Source of the DNA: Zestosphaera tikiterensis
GTDB taxonomy: Archaea > Thermoproteota > Thermoprotei_A > Sulfolobales > NBVN01
Assembly: GCA_003056265.1 (NCBI GenBank)
Contig: NBVN01000004.1
Coordinates: 150,001 to 182,000, forward strand
Direction: 5' to 3'
DNA length: 32,000 nucleotides
A model generated the notes under the pieces. That model worked only from the letters and a program-made list of their open reading frames with translations. It was not told where the DNA came from and ran no database searches. Made by a program: the position numbers and the translations under genes. Positions 21,915 through 30,091 of this stretch are shown piece after piece. The first letter of the stretch is position 1. Every line of letters starts with the position of its first letter.

Positions 21915-22469
21915 CTACTTCATGATGTAGTATAGGGTTGGGGTGATGAAGACCTCGATGAACGCCGCAATAGCTAGCAAAACAACAACTAAAACTAACT
22001 TCCTCAGGACGTATTTAAAGTCTTTAGTTAGGGATACATCCCTACCCATTAAATACTTGCGGATTACCTCAACACCTAAGTAAGTTCCTAAAACAGCTGA
22101 GTAGATGACCGTCGGGATCTCCACAACACCATGCGGTATTATAAGGGCTACATTCCTCCACACATCACCCTCACTAACCACTAAACCTATTACGTAACCG
22201 TTAGCTAACACTATAAGAGGCGGTAAAACCAACGTAAACCCTAAGAAAACATTCAGTAAAGCCACCCTTAAATTATTTAAGAATATCAAAACAGCCAGCA
22301 ATATAAACGAAGCTAAAGACCCCTCAGCAACCACCTCCCTTAAAGGACTTAACTCATTAATTAACGTGTTAAGGAAGAACTTCCTAAACTCAGGCGGTGT
22401 GTTAAACCCTGCGTAAAGCCCTCCAACAAACAGCAAAGTAAGCATTAAAGCGAGGGCTAACCTAACCAC
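21915..22469 (-). CDS. SpoIIM/DUF95-family integral membrane protein
   Basis: 184 aa with several hydrophobic helices and the family-typical IPHGVVEIP motif. Confidence 0.6.
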   Translation of the reverse strand: MVRLALALMLTLLFVGGLYAGFNTPPEFRKFFLNTLINELSPLREVVAEGSLASFILLAVLIFLNNLRVALLNVFLGFTLVLPPLIVLANGYVIGLVVSEGDVWRNVALIIPHGVVEIPTVIYSAVLGTYLGVEVIRKYLMGRDVSLTKDFKYVLRKLVLVVVLLAIAAFIEVFITPTLYYIMK

Positions 22470-22564
22470 TTAAGTAACACCTCAAATATGCAGTTGCTTA
22501 TGAAGTTAATTAACTGAGGTTTTAAAGGTATTTCCTAAACTAAAGATTAGGTATGGATTAAACG

Positions 22565-25189
22565 ATGTGCTGCGGTGGTGAAGGCTTAAACGACGTGCGT
22601 AAGTGCTTACGTCCCTACACCTTAGGCTGGTTTATAAGTAAGTTTAAAGAGTTCACACCGCCTCAGGAAGCGGCCATACCTAAGATTAAATGCGGGGATA
22701 ACGTACTGATTTCCTCACCCACCGGCACCGGTAAGACGTTAGCTGCTTTCCTAGCGATTATAGACGAGCTTTACGGGTTGGGTGAGTCTAAAGCTTTAGG
22801 GGATAGGGTATACGCTGTTTACATCTCCCCGCTGAGGGCTTTAAACAACGACATGGTTAAAAACTTAATGACCCCTCTTAAAGAGATTAGGGAGTACGCC
22901 AAGTCCTTAGGTGTTGAGTTGCCTGAGGTTAGGGTTGCTGTTAGAACTAGCGATACATCACCTTACGAAAAATCTAAGATGGTTAAGGAACCACCGCATA
23001 TATTGATAACCACCCCGGAGTCTTTAACTATTTCGATAACAGCCCCTAAGTTTAGGGAGAAGTTAAGAAGTGTTAAGTGGGTTATAGTTGATGAAATCCA
23101 CGAGATAGCCTCAAGTAAGAGGGGTGCTTTACTTAGCTTAACTTTAGAAAGGCTTGAGGAGTTAAGCGAGAATGAAATTCAGAGAGTGGGTTTAAGCGCT
23201 ACTATATCCCCTCTAGAGGACATAGCTCAATTCCTCGTAGGTTTCGATAACGACGGAAGGCCTAGGAAATGCTCTATCGTTGACGCACGATTCGTTAAAC
23301 CTATGGAGTTAACGGTAGTTGCGCCGCGCGTTGATATGGTTGAAGCAAGCGCTGAAAAACTTAACGCAGCGATTTACGAAACCCTTAAGGAAGTTGTTGA
23401 AAAACATAGAACCACTTTAATCTTTACAAACACTAGAAGCTCTACTGAGAGGGTAGCGTTTAAACTGAAGAGGATGTTTAAAGAAAACGGTATTGAGTCT
23501 TTAGACTCTATAGAAGCTCATCACAGCTCGTTAAGTAGGGATGTCAGGCTTGAGGTGGAGAATAAGCTTAAGGAAGGAAAGCTTAAAGCAGTCATAAGCT
23601 CTACATCCCTAGAGTTAGGTATTGACGTAGGCTATATAGACGCTGTAGTCCTACTCAGCTCCCCTAAAAGCGTTACAAGACTTATTCAGAGAGTGGGTAG
23701 GTCAGGACATAACGTACGTGACGTAAGTAAAGGCTACTTAATAGCCGTCGATAGGGATGACTTAATAGAAGTTGCCGTGTTAACGAACTTAGCCAAAGCT
23801 AGAAAACTAGATAGGACTTCAATACCTGAGAAACCTCTAGACATACTTGCCCAACACTTAGTCGGCATGTCTTTAGAGAGGAAGTGGAGGGTTGAGGAAG
23901 CTTATAAAGTCGTTAAAAGATCCTACAACTACAGAAACTTAAGTTTTGAGGAATTCCTAAACGTATTGAAATATCTGGCGGGGAAGTTTGAAGAAGGCTT
24001 GAACAGCTTACCAGTATATTCTAAGATATGGTTCGATGAAGTCGAAGGTGTTTTCGGGAGGAAGAAATCCGTTAGGATGATTTACTACTTAAACTCTGGA
24101 GCCATACCGGATGAAGCTAAGGTGAGGGTATTCCTCGACGGGAGGAGGTACATAGGGGATTTAGAGGAGGAGTTCGTGGAGTATTTAGATCCTGGGGATA
24201 TATTCGTTTTAGGGGGTAAGACATACCAGTTCGTAAAGTCTGAAGGTATGAAAGTCATCGTGAGGAGTGCTGAAGGTCAAAGACCTACCGTGCCGGCGTG
24301 GTTTTCAGAGATGCTACCCTTAACTTACGACTCAGCTTTGGAGGTGGGTAGGTTTAGAGAGTATGTAGCTGAATTAATTAAGTATGTTGGGCGTGAGAAA
24401 GCTGTTGAGGAGTTAGTTAATAGTTATGGGTTGGGTTTAAACGAAGCTAAGCATATCGTTCAATACGTTTCAGACCAGCTGAAGTACGGAGGATTCATAC
24501 CCTCCGATAAGAGGGTGGTTATTGAGGTTTGGGAGGACCTCAACGAAGGAGTTACGAACGTAGTTTTTCACTACCTCTTCGGTAGGAGGGTTAATCAAGC
24601 GCTCTCAAGAGCTTACGCCCTAGCGTTGAGTGAGTTTTTAGGTGTTGCTGTTAGAGTTACCGTTTCAGACAACGGCTTCATGCTTTCAATACCTAACTAC
24701 GTAGTTTTAGACGTTAACACACTTAAGAAGGTTGTTAAGGAGGTAAGTCATGAAAACCTTAAGGACTTACTAAGGAAATCTTTAAGGAGAAGCGAGCTTG
24801 TGAAGAGGAAGTTTAGACATGTGGCTGAGAGGTCTTTAGCACTTCTTAAAAACTATAGAGGTGTTGAGACAAGCATATATAGGAGGCAGTTAAACTCAGA
24901 AACCCTACTTAAAGTTGCTGAGAAAATCCCAGGGTTCCCGTTAGTTGAGGAAACCTACAGGGAGGTTATGGAGGACGTTATGGACGTTAAAAACGCTGAA
25001 GACGTGCTTAAGAAAATACGTGAGGGTAGGGTTGAGGTGCTTATCGTTAAGTCTTACGAAGCTCCATCACCGTTCAGCCATAACATAATCGCTCAAGGAT
25101 ATAGCGACATCGTCTTAATGGAGGATAGGAGGAAGTTAATACAGAAGCTCTACGAGAAACTCCTAAAGATTGAAGGAACCCACCATTAA
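22565..25189 (+). CDS. lhr: Lhr-type superfamily-2 (DEAD/DEAH) helicase with Lhr-associated C-terminal domains
   Basis: 874 aa. Motif I is SSPTGTGKTLAA and motif II is VDEIHE. It has TATISP and motif VI QRVGRSGH. The long C-terminal extension resembles the DEAD/H-associated (Lhr core) region. Confidence 0.8.
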   Translation: MCCGGEGLNDVRKCLRPYTLGWFISKFKEFTPPQEAAIPKIKCGDNVLISSPTGTGKTLAAFLAIIDELYGLGESKALGDRVYAVYISPLRALNNDMVKNLMTPLKEIREYAKSLGVELPEVRVAVRTSDTSPYEKSKMVKEPPHILITTPESLTISITAPKFREKLRSVKWVIVDEIHEIASSKRGALLSLTLERLEELSENEIQRVGLSATISPLEDIAQFLVGFDNDGRPRKCSIVDARFVKPMELTVVAPRVDMVEASAEKLNAAIYETLKEVVEKHRTTLIFTNTRSSTERVAFKLKRMFKENGIESLDSIEAHHSSLSRDVRLEVENKLKEGKLKAVISSTSLELGIDVGYIDAVVLLSSPKSVTRLIQRVGRSGHNVRDVSKGYLIAVDRDDLIEVAVLTNLAKARKLDRTSIPEKPLDILAQHLVGMSLERKWRVEEAYKVVKRSYNYRNLSFEEFLNVLKYLAGKFEEGLNSLPVYSKIWFDEVEGVFGRKKSVRMIYYLNSGAIPDEAKVRVFLDGRRYIGDLEEEFVEYLDPGDIFVLGGKTYQFVKSEGMKVIVRSAEGQRPTVPAWFSEMLPLTYDSALEVGRFREYVAELIKYVGREKAVEELVNSYGLGLNEAKHIVQYVSDQLKYGGFIPSDKRVVIEVWEDLNEGVTNVVFHYLFGRRVNQALSRAYALALSEFLGVAVRVTVSDNGFMLSIPNYVVLDVNTLKKVVKEVSHENLKDLLRKSLRRSELVKRKFRHVAERSLALLKNYRGVETSIYRRQLNSETLLKVAEKIPGFPLVEETYREVMEDVMDVKNAEDVLKKIREGRVEVLIVKSYEAPSPFSHNIIAQGYSDIVLMEDRRKLIQKLYEKLLKIEGTHH

Positions 25190-25285
25190 AAATATTAACC
25201 CACCACATCCCTTGTAGGTATGGGTAGCGGTGTTTGAACTTAAGACCTCGTTCAACGTCCGAGATCTACCGGCAGGTGTTTTAAA

Positions 25286-26356
25286 TTGGTAAAGCCTGAA
25301 GTAACTGTCATAACCCCAACATATAACGAAAGGGAGAACGTCGTTAAGCTTATTGAAGAGTTGGATAGATGCTTTAAGGAAGCCGGCATAACATACGAAG
25401 TGGTTGTAGTCGACGATAACTCACCGGACGGAACGGCGGAGGCTGTGGAGGGGTTAATGAGTAAATACCCCGTTAAGCTGGTTAGGAGGCCTTCAAAGCT
25501 TGGTTTAACTTCAGCTGTTTTCGACGGTTTAAAATACGCTGAAGGTACTTACGTAGTTGTTATGGATGCGGATCTTCAACACCCCCCTGAGGTGGTTCCT
25601 AAGCTATACGTTAAGGCTTTAGAAGGATATGATTTAGTAATCGCTTCTAGATACGTGTCGGGAGGTTCCGCTAAATTCCCCCTTCATAGGTTGATAGTTT
25701 CGTTAGGCGCTACCTTAATAGCTCGTGTCTTAATACCTAAAGCTAGGAAAGTTAAAGACCCTATGTCCGGGTTCTTCCTCGTTAAGAAGGACGTAATCTC
25801 GAAGATTACCCCTACATCACCTAAGAGTTATAAAGTATTGCTTGAAGTTCTAGCTTTAGGTAGTTATAGAAACGTTTATGAAGTACCTTACGAGTTTAGG
25901 GAGAGGGTTGTAGGTAAGTCTAAGTTAGGCTTTAAAACAATGCTTAACTACGTTAAGCAAGTGCTTAACTTAACGCCTGACTACGTAAGGTTTGCTTTAG
26001 TAGGTGCTTCAGGAACCGTAGTTAATTTAGGTGTTTTAGCCGTTCTTAGATACGTAGCTAACTTAACGCATGAAATAGCTTCAGCGTTAGCTATAGAAGC
26101 TTCAATAATCAATAACTTCGTTTGGAACGACTTATGGACTTTTAAAGGGGGTAGGTCTGGAAGCGTTGCTTCAAGACTTATTAAATTCCACTTCTCAAGC
26201 GCCGTAGGTGTAATAACTCAATACGTGATTTCCTTAACTACGTACTACTACATAGTTAGGAACTCCATAATAGCTCAGTCAATCGGGATTTTAACTGGGT
26301 TCATAATTAACTACGTCTTAAGCAAGAAATTCGTTTGGTCTCCTAGACGGTTCTAG
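25286..26356 (+). CDS. Family-2 glycosyltransferase (dolichyl-phosphate mannose/glucose synthase-like) fused to a GtrA-like membrane domain
   Basis: It has the VITPTYNEREN, VVDDNSPDGT and MDADLQHPP motifs (Dpm1 type). The C-terminal ~120 aa contains four hydrophobic helices with the GtrA-like NNFVWNDLWTF motif. Confidence 0.85.
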   Translation: MVKPEVTVITPTYNERENVVKLIEELDRCFKEAGITYEVVVVDDNSPDGTAEAVEGLMSKYPVKLVRRPSKLGLTSAVFDGLKYAEGTYVVVMDADLQHPPEVVPKLYVKALEGYDLVIASRYVSGGSAKFPLHRLIVSLGATLIARVLIPKARKVKDPMSGFFLVKKDVISKITPTSPKSYKVLLEVLALGSYRNVYEVPYEFRERVVGKSKLGFKTMLNYVKQVLNLTPDYVRFALVGASGTVVNLGVLAVLRYVANLTHEIASALAIEASIINNFVWNDLWTFKGGRSGSVASRLIKFHFSSAVGVITQYVISLTTYYYIVRNSIIAQSIGILTGFIINYVLSKKFVWSPRRF

Positions 26357-27149
26357 TAACTTCCACTTCAGGGTTGTACCCGTTTAACGCTTTATAAACA
26401 GCTTCAACGAGTTTGTAAATATCTCCAACCTTCACAGGGGGTTTAACCGGAACTATATTTAAGATTAGCTCAACGCTGTCTTCCCTTATAGATTTAATCA
26501 TCACACCATCGCTTTCAACCCTAAATAACACGTCAGCAGCTGCTTTCTTTACTTCATCGGTTATTTTCTTAAGGTCTAAACGTTCGTTAGGGTTTGAGGA
26601 GCTTGTGATTTTAACTCTAAGGACTACGTGTGGTTGCCTTTCTCTAAACACTGAGTTAACAAGTACTGAGTTAGCTATGTGGACTTTATTGCCTAGGATG
26701 TCTTCAAGCACTGCGTTGAAAGGCGTTATGTCTAAGATCCTACCGATTAACGGCCTATCTATCCCTGGTAGGTAGATCTCAACCCATAAGTTTTTCTTTA
26801 GCTTAAGGAGCTGTATGTTTATGAATGCGGAGAACTCACGGATTTCATGATAGAATATTACGAAGGTTAAAACACCTATTATTAAGACGACCATGTATGG
26901 CGTGAGTGATGCTGTGATAATGCTTACAAACCCTAAAACAATAACTACTAACGTAGCTATGTCTATAACCCTACTTACGAAGCTTTTCGTGCCTAAGGAG
27001 ATAACTCCTCTGCTAGCTATACCTGAGAGAAGCCAGTTTAAAAAGAACCTTATCGAGAGAGCTATAACGACTGTAACGATTAAGTAGAGGATCTCCATTA
27101 AAGTTATGGTTAATCCAGGTATTTGAAAAGCGGTTATGTTGATCTCCAT
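26343..27149 (-). CDS. MscS-family mechanosensitive channel
   Basis: 268 aa with N-terminal TM helices. It then has WVEIYLPGIDRPLIGRILDITPFNAVLEDILGNKVHIANSVLVNSVF, matching the MscS beta-domain pattern (GD.v...g..G.V..i....t.l...dg..v.iPN..l). Its 3' end overlaps the convergent GT2 gene by 14 nt. Confidence 0.7.
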   Translation of the reverse strand: MEINITAFQIPGLTITLMEILYLIVTVVIALSIRFFLNWLLSGIASRGVISLGTKSFVSRVIDIATLVVIVLGFVSIITASLTPYMVVLIIGVLTFVIFYHEIREFSAFINIQLLKLKKNLWVEIYLPGIDRPLIGRILDITPFNAVLEDILGNKVHIANSVLVNSVFRERQPHVVLRVKITSSSNPNERLDLKKITDEVKKAAADVLFRVESDGVMIKSIREDSVELILNIVPVKPPVKVGDIYKLVEAVYKALNGYNPEVEVTRTV

Positions 27150-27155
27150 AAATCA

Positions 27156-27833
27156 CTACCCTTTGAATATCTTCGTTATGTCTTCAACGCTTGCTTCCTT
27201 AGCTAACACGTATAGTAAAGTACCTTCTTTAAGGACGTCCTCCTTAGACGGGATTGTAAACTCCACGCCGTTAAACATGAACATGATCTTAACGTCTTCA
27301 GGTAGTTGAAGTTCTTCAACTTTCTTATTTGTGGCTTTATCGGTGCTGGTTAAAACGATGCCGTAGATCTTGTACTCCCCCACCTCCCCAAGTATCTTAG
27401 GCTCCGTTAAAGTATCTAAGTACGTCCTGAATATATTCCCTATCACTGAAGGGACTATCACAGGTATGCCTAAATCCAGCTTAACAAGCATATCAGCTAT
27501 CTTGCTTGACTTAACCCTAGCCATCCTTAAGTTAACGCCGTAATGCTTCGCTAAAGTTAAGACGAAAACATTAACTTCATCCCTATCAGTTAAAGCTATC
27601 ACCACGTCGAAATCGCTTAAGTTTATTGAGGATGTGGCTTGAGATTCAAACAATGAAATATCCGTTGCGTCACCGTTAACAACCGTTACGTCGAAAGCCT
27701 TACTTATTTCTTCAGCTCTCCTAGGGTTGATCTCAACAACGGCTATATCATGTTTTTTAAGTTCTTTATGCTTTGATATCGTTGAGAGCAACTCATAAGT
27801 TACGGAACCACCGCCGATTATGAGTATCCTCAC
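27156..27833 (-). CDS. trkA: TrkA-type K+ transport regulatory protein (TrkA-N + TrkA-C)
   Basis: The GTG start gives RILIIGGGSVTYEL, a Rossmann GxGxxG motif. At 225 aa it fits the RCK N+C domain architecture. It is followed 6 nt later by the MscS gene. Confidence 0.8.
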   Translation of the reverse strand: MRILIIGGGSVTYELLSTISKHKELKKHDIAVVEINPRRAEEISKAFDVTVVNGDATDISLFESQATSSINLSDFDVVIALTDRDEVNVFVLTLAKHYGVNLRMARVKSSKIADMLVKLDLGIPVIVPSVIGNIFRTYLDTLTEPKILGEVGEYKIYGIVLTSTDKATNKKVEELQLPEDVKIMFMFNGVEFTIPSKEDVLKEGTLLYVLAKEASVEDITKIFKG

Positions 27834-27880
27834 CTACTCACCACCTGTTTGAGGCTCCGCCTTTTAAGGTGGGGTGAATG

Positions 27881-27909
27881 TTTATAAGCTTTCTCTAGCT
27901 TAATATATT
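27881..27909. promoter_or_regulatory. Divergent promoter region between trkA and ncRNA candidate R3
   Basis: The sequence is TTTATAAG-CTTTCTCTAGC-TTAATATATT. A/T boxes are usable on either strand, and an AAGCT/AGCTT inverted repeat lies between them. Confidence 0.4.
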
Positions 27910-27911
27910 GA

Positions 27912-28085
27912 GTTGGGTGTGGGCAACCGTGGCTTGGGATGAGTCCCACACCTTCCCGGTGTTGGCGGCGGGAGCTGATAGATGATGCGCCCTCTGTGAG
28001 GGGTTTCAGAGAGGTGATGGAAGCCCTAGGGGGAGAACCTCCGCCATGAATGGCGGAGAGCCGTCAGCTACTCACTACCCCTAAA
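27912..28085 (+). ncRNA. Candidate structured RNA (R3), GC-rich, rich in K-turn-like GAUGA motifs
   Basis: This is a GC island in a 330-bp intergenic region with no ORF. Stems seen by eye are GGTGTGGG/CCCACACC (27915-22/27944-51), AGCTGA/TCAGCT (27973-78/28064-69), CTCCGCCA-TGAA-TGGCGGAG (28040-59) and CCCTC-TGT-GAGGG. The motifs GGATGAGT, CTGA-TAG-ATGATG and GGTGATGG are present. The strand is chosen from promoter position and motif orientation only. Confidence 0.4.
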
Positions 28086-28163
28086 TTAAATGTTTCATCA
28101 CTTAAATAATGTTACATACTTTACTATGTAGAGACTTGAAGAACCTTCACCCAGTTTAAAACA

Positions 28164-28514
28164 TTACTTTCGTTGTTCGTGAGGGCATTCCAACTCCTCT
28201 TCTTTAAGGAGCTTCCGGCAGAAGTAACATATTACGTCTCCGGCCTGCGCCTCTTCCTTAAGAAGCTTCTCAGTAAATTCCCTTAAGTCTTTAGAGTATT
28301 TTTCATCTTTAAGGAGTTTCTCAACGTATTCCTCTCTAGATCTTCGAGCAGATAAATAGTTGGAGACCGCTGCTGGAGCTACGTCAAGTATTTTAGCCGC
28401 TTTATAAACGCTTAACCCACGCTCCCTAACCAACATTATAGATAAAGCAGCCCTAACCGCCGGCACAACCTCCCTAACACTTACTTCACACGGTGTTCTC
28501 CTCATCGTTCCCAC
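28164..28514 (-). CDS. Small HTH transcriptional regulator (COG2522-like) with C-terminal Cys/His cluster
   Basis: It has PCEVSVREVVPAVRAALSIMLVRERGLSVYKAAKILDVAPAAVSNYLSARR (HTH with the AAVSNYL recognition helix) and a C-terminal CYFC...ECPH cluster. Confidence 0.65.
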   Translation of the reverse strand: MGTMRRTPCEVSVREVVPAVRAALSIMLVRERGLSVYKAAKILDVAPAAVSNYLSARRSREEYVEKLLKDEKYSKDLREFTEKLLKEEAQAGDVICYFCRKLLKEEELECPHEQRK

Positions 28515-28545
28515 AAGTTATTGAGTTATTCAAACCTATTAAACA

Positions 28546-28698
28546 TTAACGGTGTGAAAGTTCCCCTCTATGCCTTTCAACACATAAGTTAACGCATTCA
28601 CTAAACGCAGGTCCTGAATACCCTAACTCCATACATTCCTCCCTACAAACCTTAACGACATGCTCTCTTTCATATGAGTTTAAAAGCTCCTTACTCAA
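28546..28698 (-). CDS. Possible 50-aa twin-CX3C protein
   Basis: My own translation from TTG 28698 gives SKELLNSYEREHVVKVCREECMELGYSGPAFSECVNLCVERHRGELSHR*. It has two CX3C pairs. It ends 31 nt upstream of the regulator gene on the same strand. It is short with a non-ATG start, so support is weak. Confidence 0.3.
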   Translation of the reverse strand: MSKELLNSYEREHVVKVCREECMELGYSGPAFSECVNLCVERHRGELSHR

Positions 28699-28846
28699 GC
28701 TAACACCAACCTTAACTACGTTAAAACCTATAAAAATTCACACCCACGTAGAGTATGTTAACGCTTCCAGCTTAAGATGTATTGCGTGAGAGCTTATTAC
28801 ATGTGAGAGTAGATATTCTAGGATACTTACCCTTGAGGTGATGTTG

Positions 28847-30088
28847 ATGAAGTACGCGATACGTGCTAAGGTGGAGGTCGACGGCATAGTTGAGAAACCG
28901 GATATCATAGGAGCTATCTTCGGTCAAACCGAGGGTTTGTTCGGGCCTGAATACGATTTAAGGGAGTTGCAGGATAAAGGTAGGATAGGGAGGATTTTAG
29001 TTGAGGTTAAGCAAGGCGGTAATAAAACTGTTGGTGAGATATTAATACCTTCAAACCTAGATAGGGTTGAAACAGCTTTAATAGCTGCTATGATTGAAAA
29101 CGTCGATAGGGTAGGTCCATACCAAACCAGGATTAGAGTCGTTGAGATAGTTGATTTAAGGCAGGAAAAGATAAAGAAGATTGCCGAAAGAGCTAAAGAA
29201 ATACTTGAGAAGTGGTTACGTGAGAAACCCGTTGACGTTAAAGAAATACTTGCTGAGATTGAATCAAGCGTTAAAGTAGCTGAGGTGATAGAGTACGGCC
29301 CTGAGAAGCTACCCGCAGGGCCTGAGGTTGAGTCGTCAGACACTTTAATAATAGTTGAGGGTAGGGCCGACGTCCTCAACCTACTTAAGTACGGCTATAA
29401 AAACGCCATAGCTATAGAAGGAGCTAAAGGTGAGGTACCGCAGACTGTAATTGAACTCTCTAAAAAGAAGAAGAAAGTAATAGCTTTCGTAGACGGCGAT
29501 AGGATGGGTTTAATGATCCTTAAAAACCTGGCTAAAGCAGCTAAGGTCGATTACGTAGCTAGAGCCCCGCCGGGGAGGGAGGTTGAGGAGTTAACTGGGA
29601 AGGAAATAGCTAAAGCTTTAAAGAATGCCGTACCGTTACAGACCTTCCTACAGCAGTTAGCTGAAGCCCCTCAAGCCGAGGGAGTTAAAGTAGAGGAAGC
29701 GAAGGTTGAGGAGGTTAGTGTTGAGGAGGTTAAGCCGGTTAACGTTCCTGAGGTTGAGGCCGTACCTAAGCCTGAAGTTGTTGAAACATACCAAATACCG
29801 CTTCAAGTAGTTGAAAGCTTAAGCTCCTTGAAAGGTTCTTTAGAGGCAGTTATATACGATGAGAATTGGAACGTCGTAGATAGAGTGCCTGTTAAAGACT
29901 TAGTTGATTACTTACTAAGTACTGATAAGCAAGTGCATGCTGTTTTTATGGATGGCGTAGCTACGCAACGCTTAGTTGACGCCGCCTCAGTTAAGAACGT
30001 TAAACTACTTGTAAGTGCTAGGATATCTTCAATATCTAAGAAGCCTTTAAACCTAACTATATTAACATTCGATGAGCTACTTCAATAA
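28847..30088 (+). CDS. dnaG: Archaeal DnaG (Toprim-domain primase/exosome-associated protein)
   Basis: MKYAIRAKVEVDGIVEKPDIIGAIFGQTEGLFGP is the conserved archaeal DnaG N-terminus. The Toprim region is LIIVEGRADVLNL...FVDGDRMG. Upstream in-frame starts at GTG 28838 and ATG 28841 are possible, with a GAGGTG Shine-Dalgarno motif before them. Confidence 0.9.
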   Translation: MKYAIRAKVEVDGIVEKPDIIGAIFGQTEGLFGPEYDLRELQDKGRIGRILVEVKQGGNKTVGEILIPSNLDRVETALIAAMIENVDRVGPYQTRIRVVEIVDLRQEKIKKIAERAKEILEKWLREKPVDVKEILAEIESSVKVAEVIEYGPEKLPAGPEVESSDTLIIVEGRADVLNLLKYGYKNAIAIEGAKGEVPQTVIELSKKKKKVIAFVDGDRMGLMILKNLAKAAKVDYVARAPPGREVEELTGKEIAKALKNAVPLQTFLQQLAEAPQAEGVKVEEAKVEEVSVEEVKPVNVPEVEAVPKPEVVETYQIPLQVVESLSSLKGSLEAVIYDENWNVVDRVPVKDLVDYLLSTDKQVHAVFMDGVATQRLVDAASVKNVKLLVSARISSISKKPLNLTILTFDELLQ

Positions 30089-30091
30089 ACC

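Noticed and set aside
27841-27872. trkA leader hairpin CCACCU...AGGUGG sequestering the Shine-Dalgarno sequence
   Set aside because: Depending on which A/T box is the promoter, the 5' arm may lie upstream of the transcription start. It is only a 6-bp stem and is speculative without mapping the transcription start.
7687-28085. Assigning the three GC-rich islands (R1, R2, R3) to RNase P RNA, SRP/7S RNA, 5S rRNA, H/ACA sRNA or split-tRNA halves
   Set aside because: I found none of the diagnostic motifs. These are GAGGAAAGUCC / ACAGAAC in correct order (RNase P), GGAAGG.AGCA helix-8 (SRP), GAACCCGGAAGUUAAGC (5S), a pocket hairpin followed by ACA at the right distance (H/ACA), and T-arm GGUUCRAAUCC (tRNA). 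The identity is left open.
28064-28101. Minus-strand GUGAUGA-N27-CUGA as a complete C/D box sRNA
   Set aside because: A 27-nt inter-box distance cannot hold a guide, D', C' and a second guide, and the internal boxes are degenerate (AGGG, GUAGUGA). It is reported only as a paralog/target observation.
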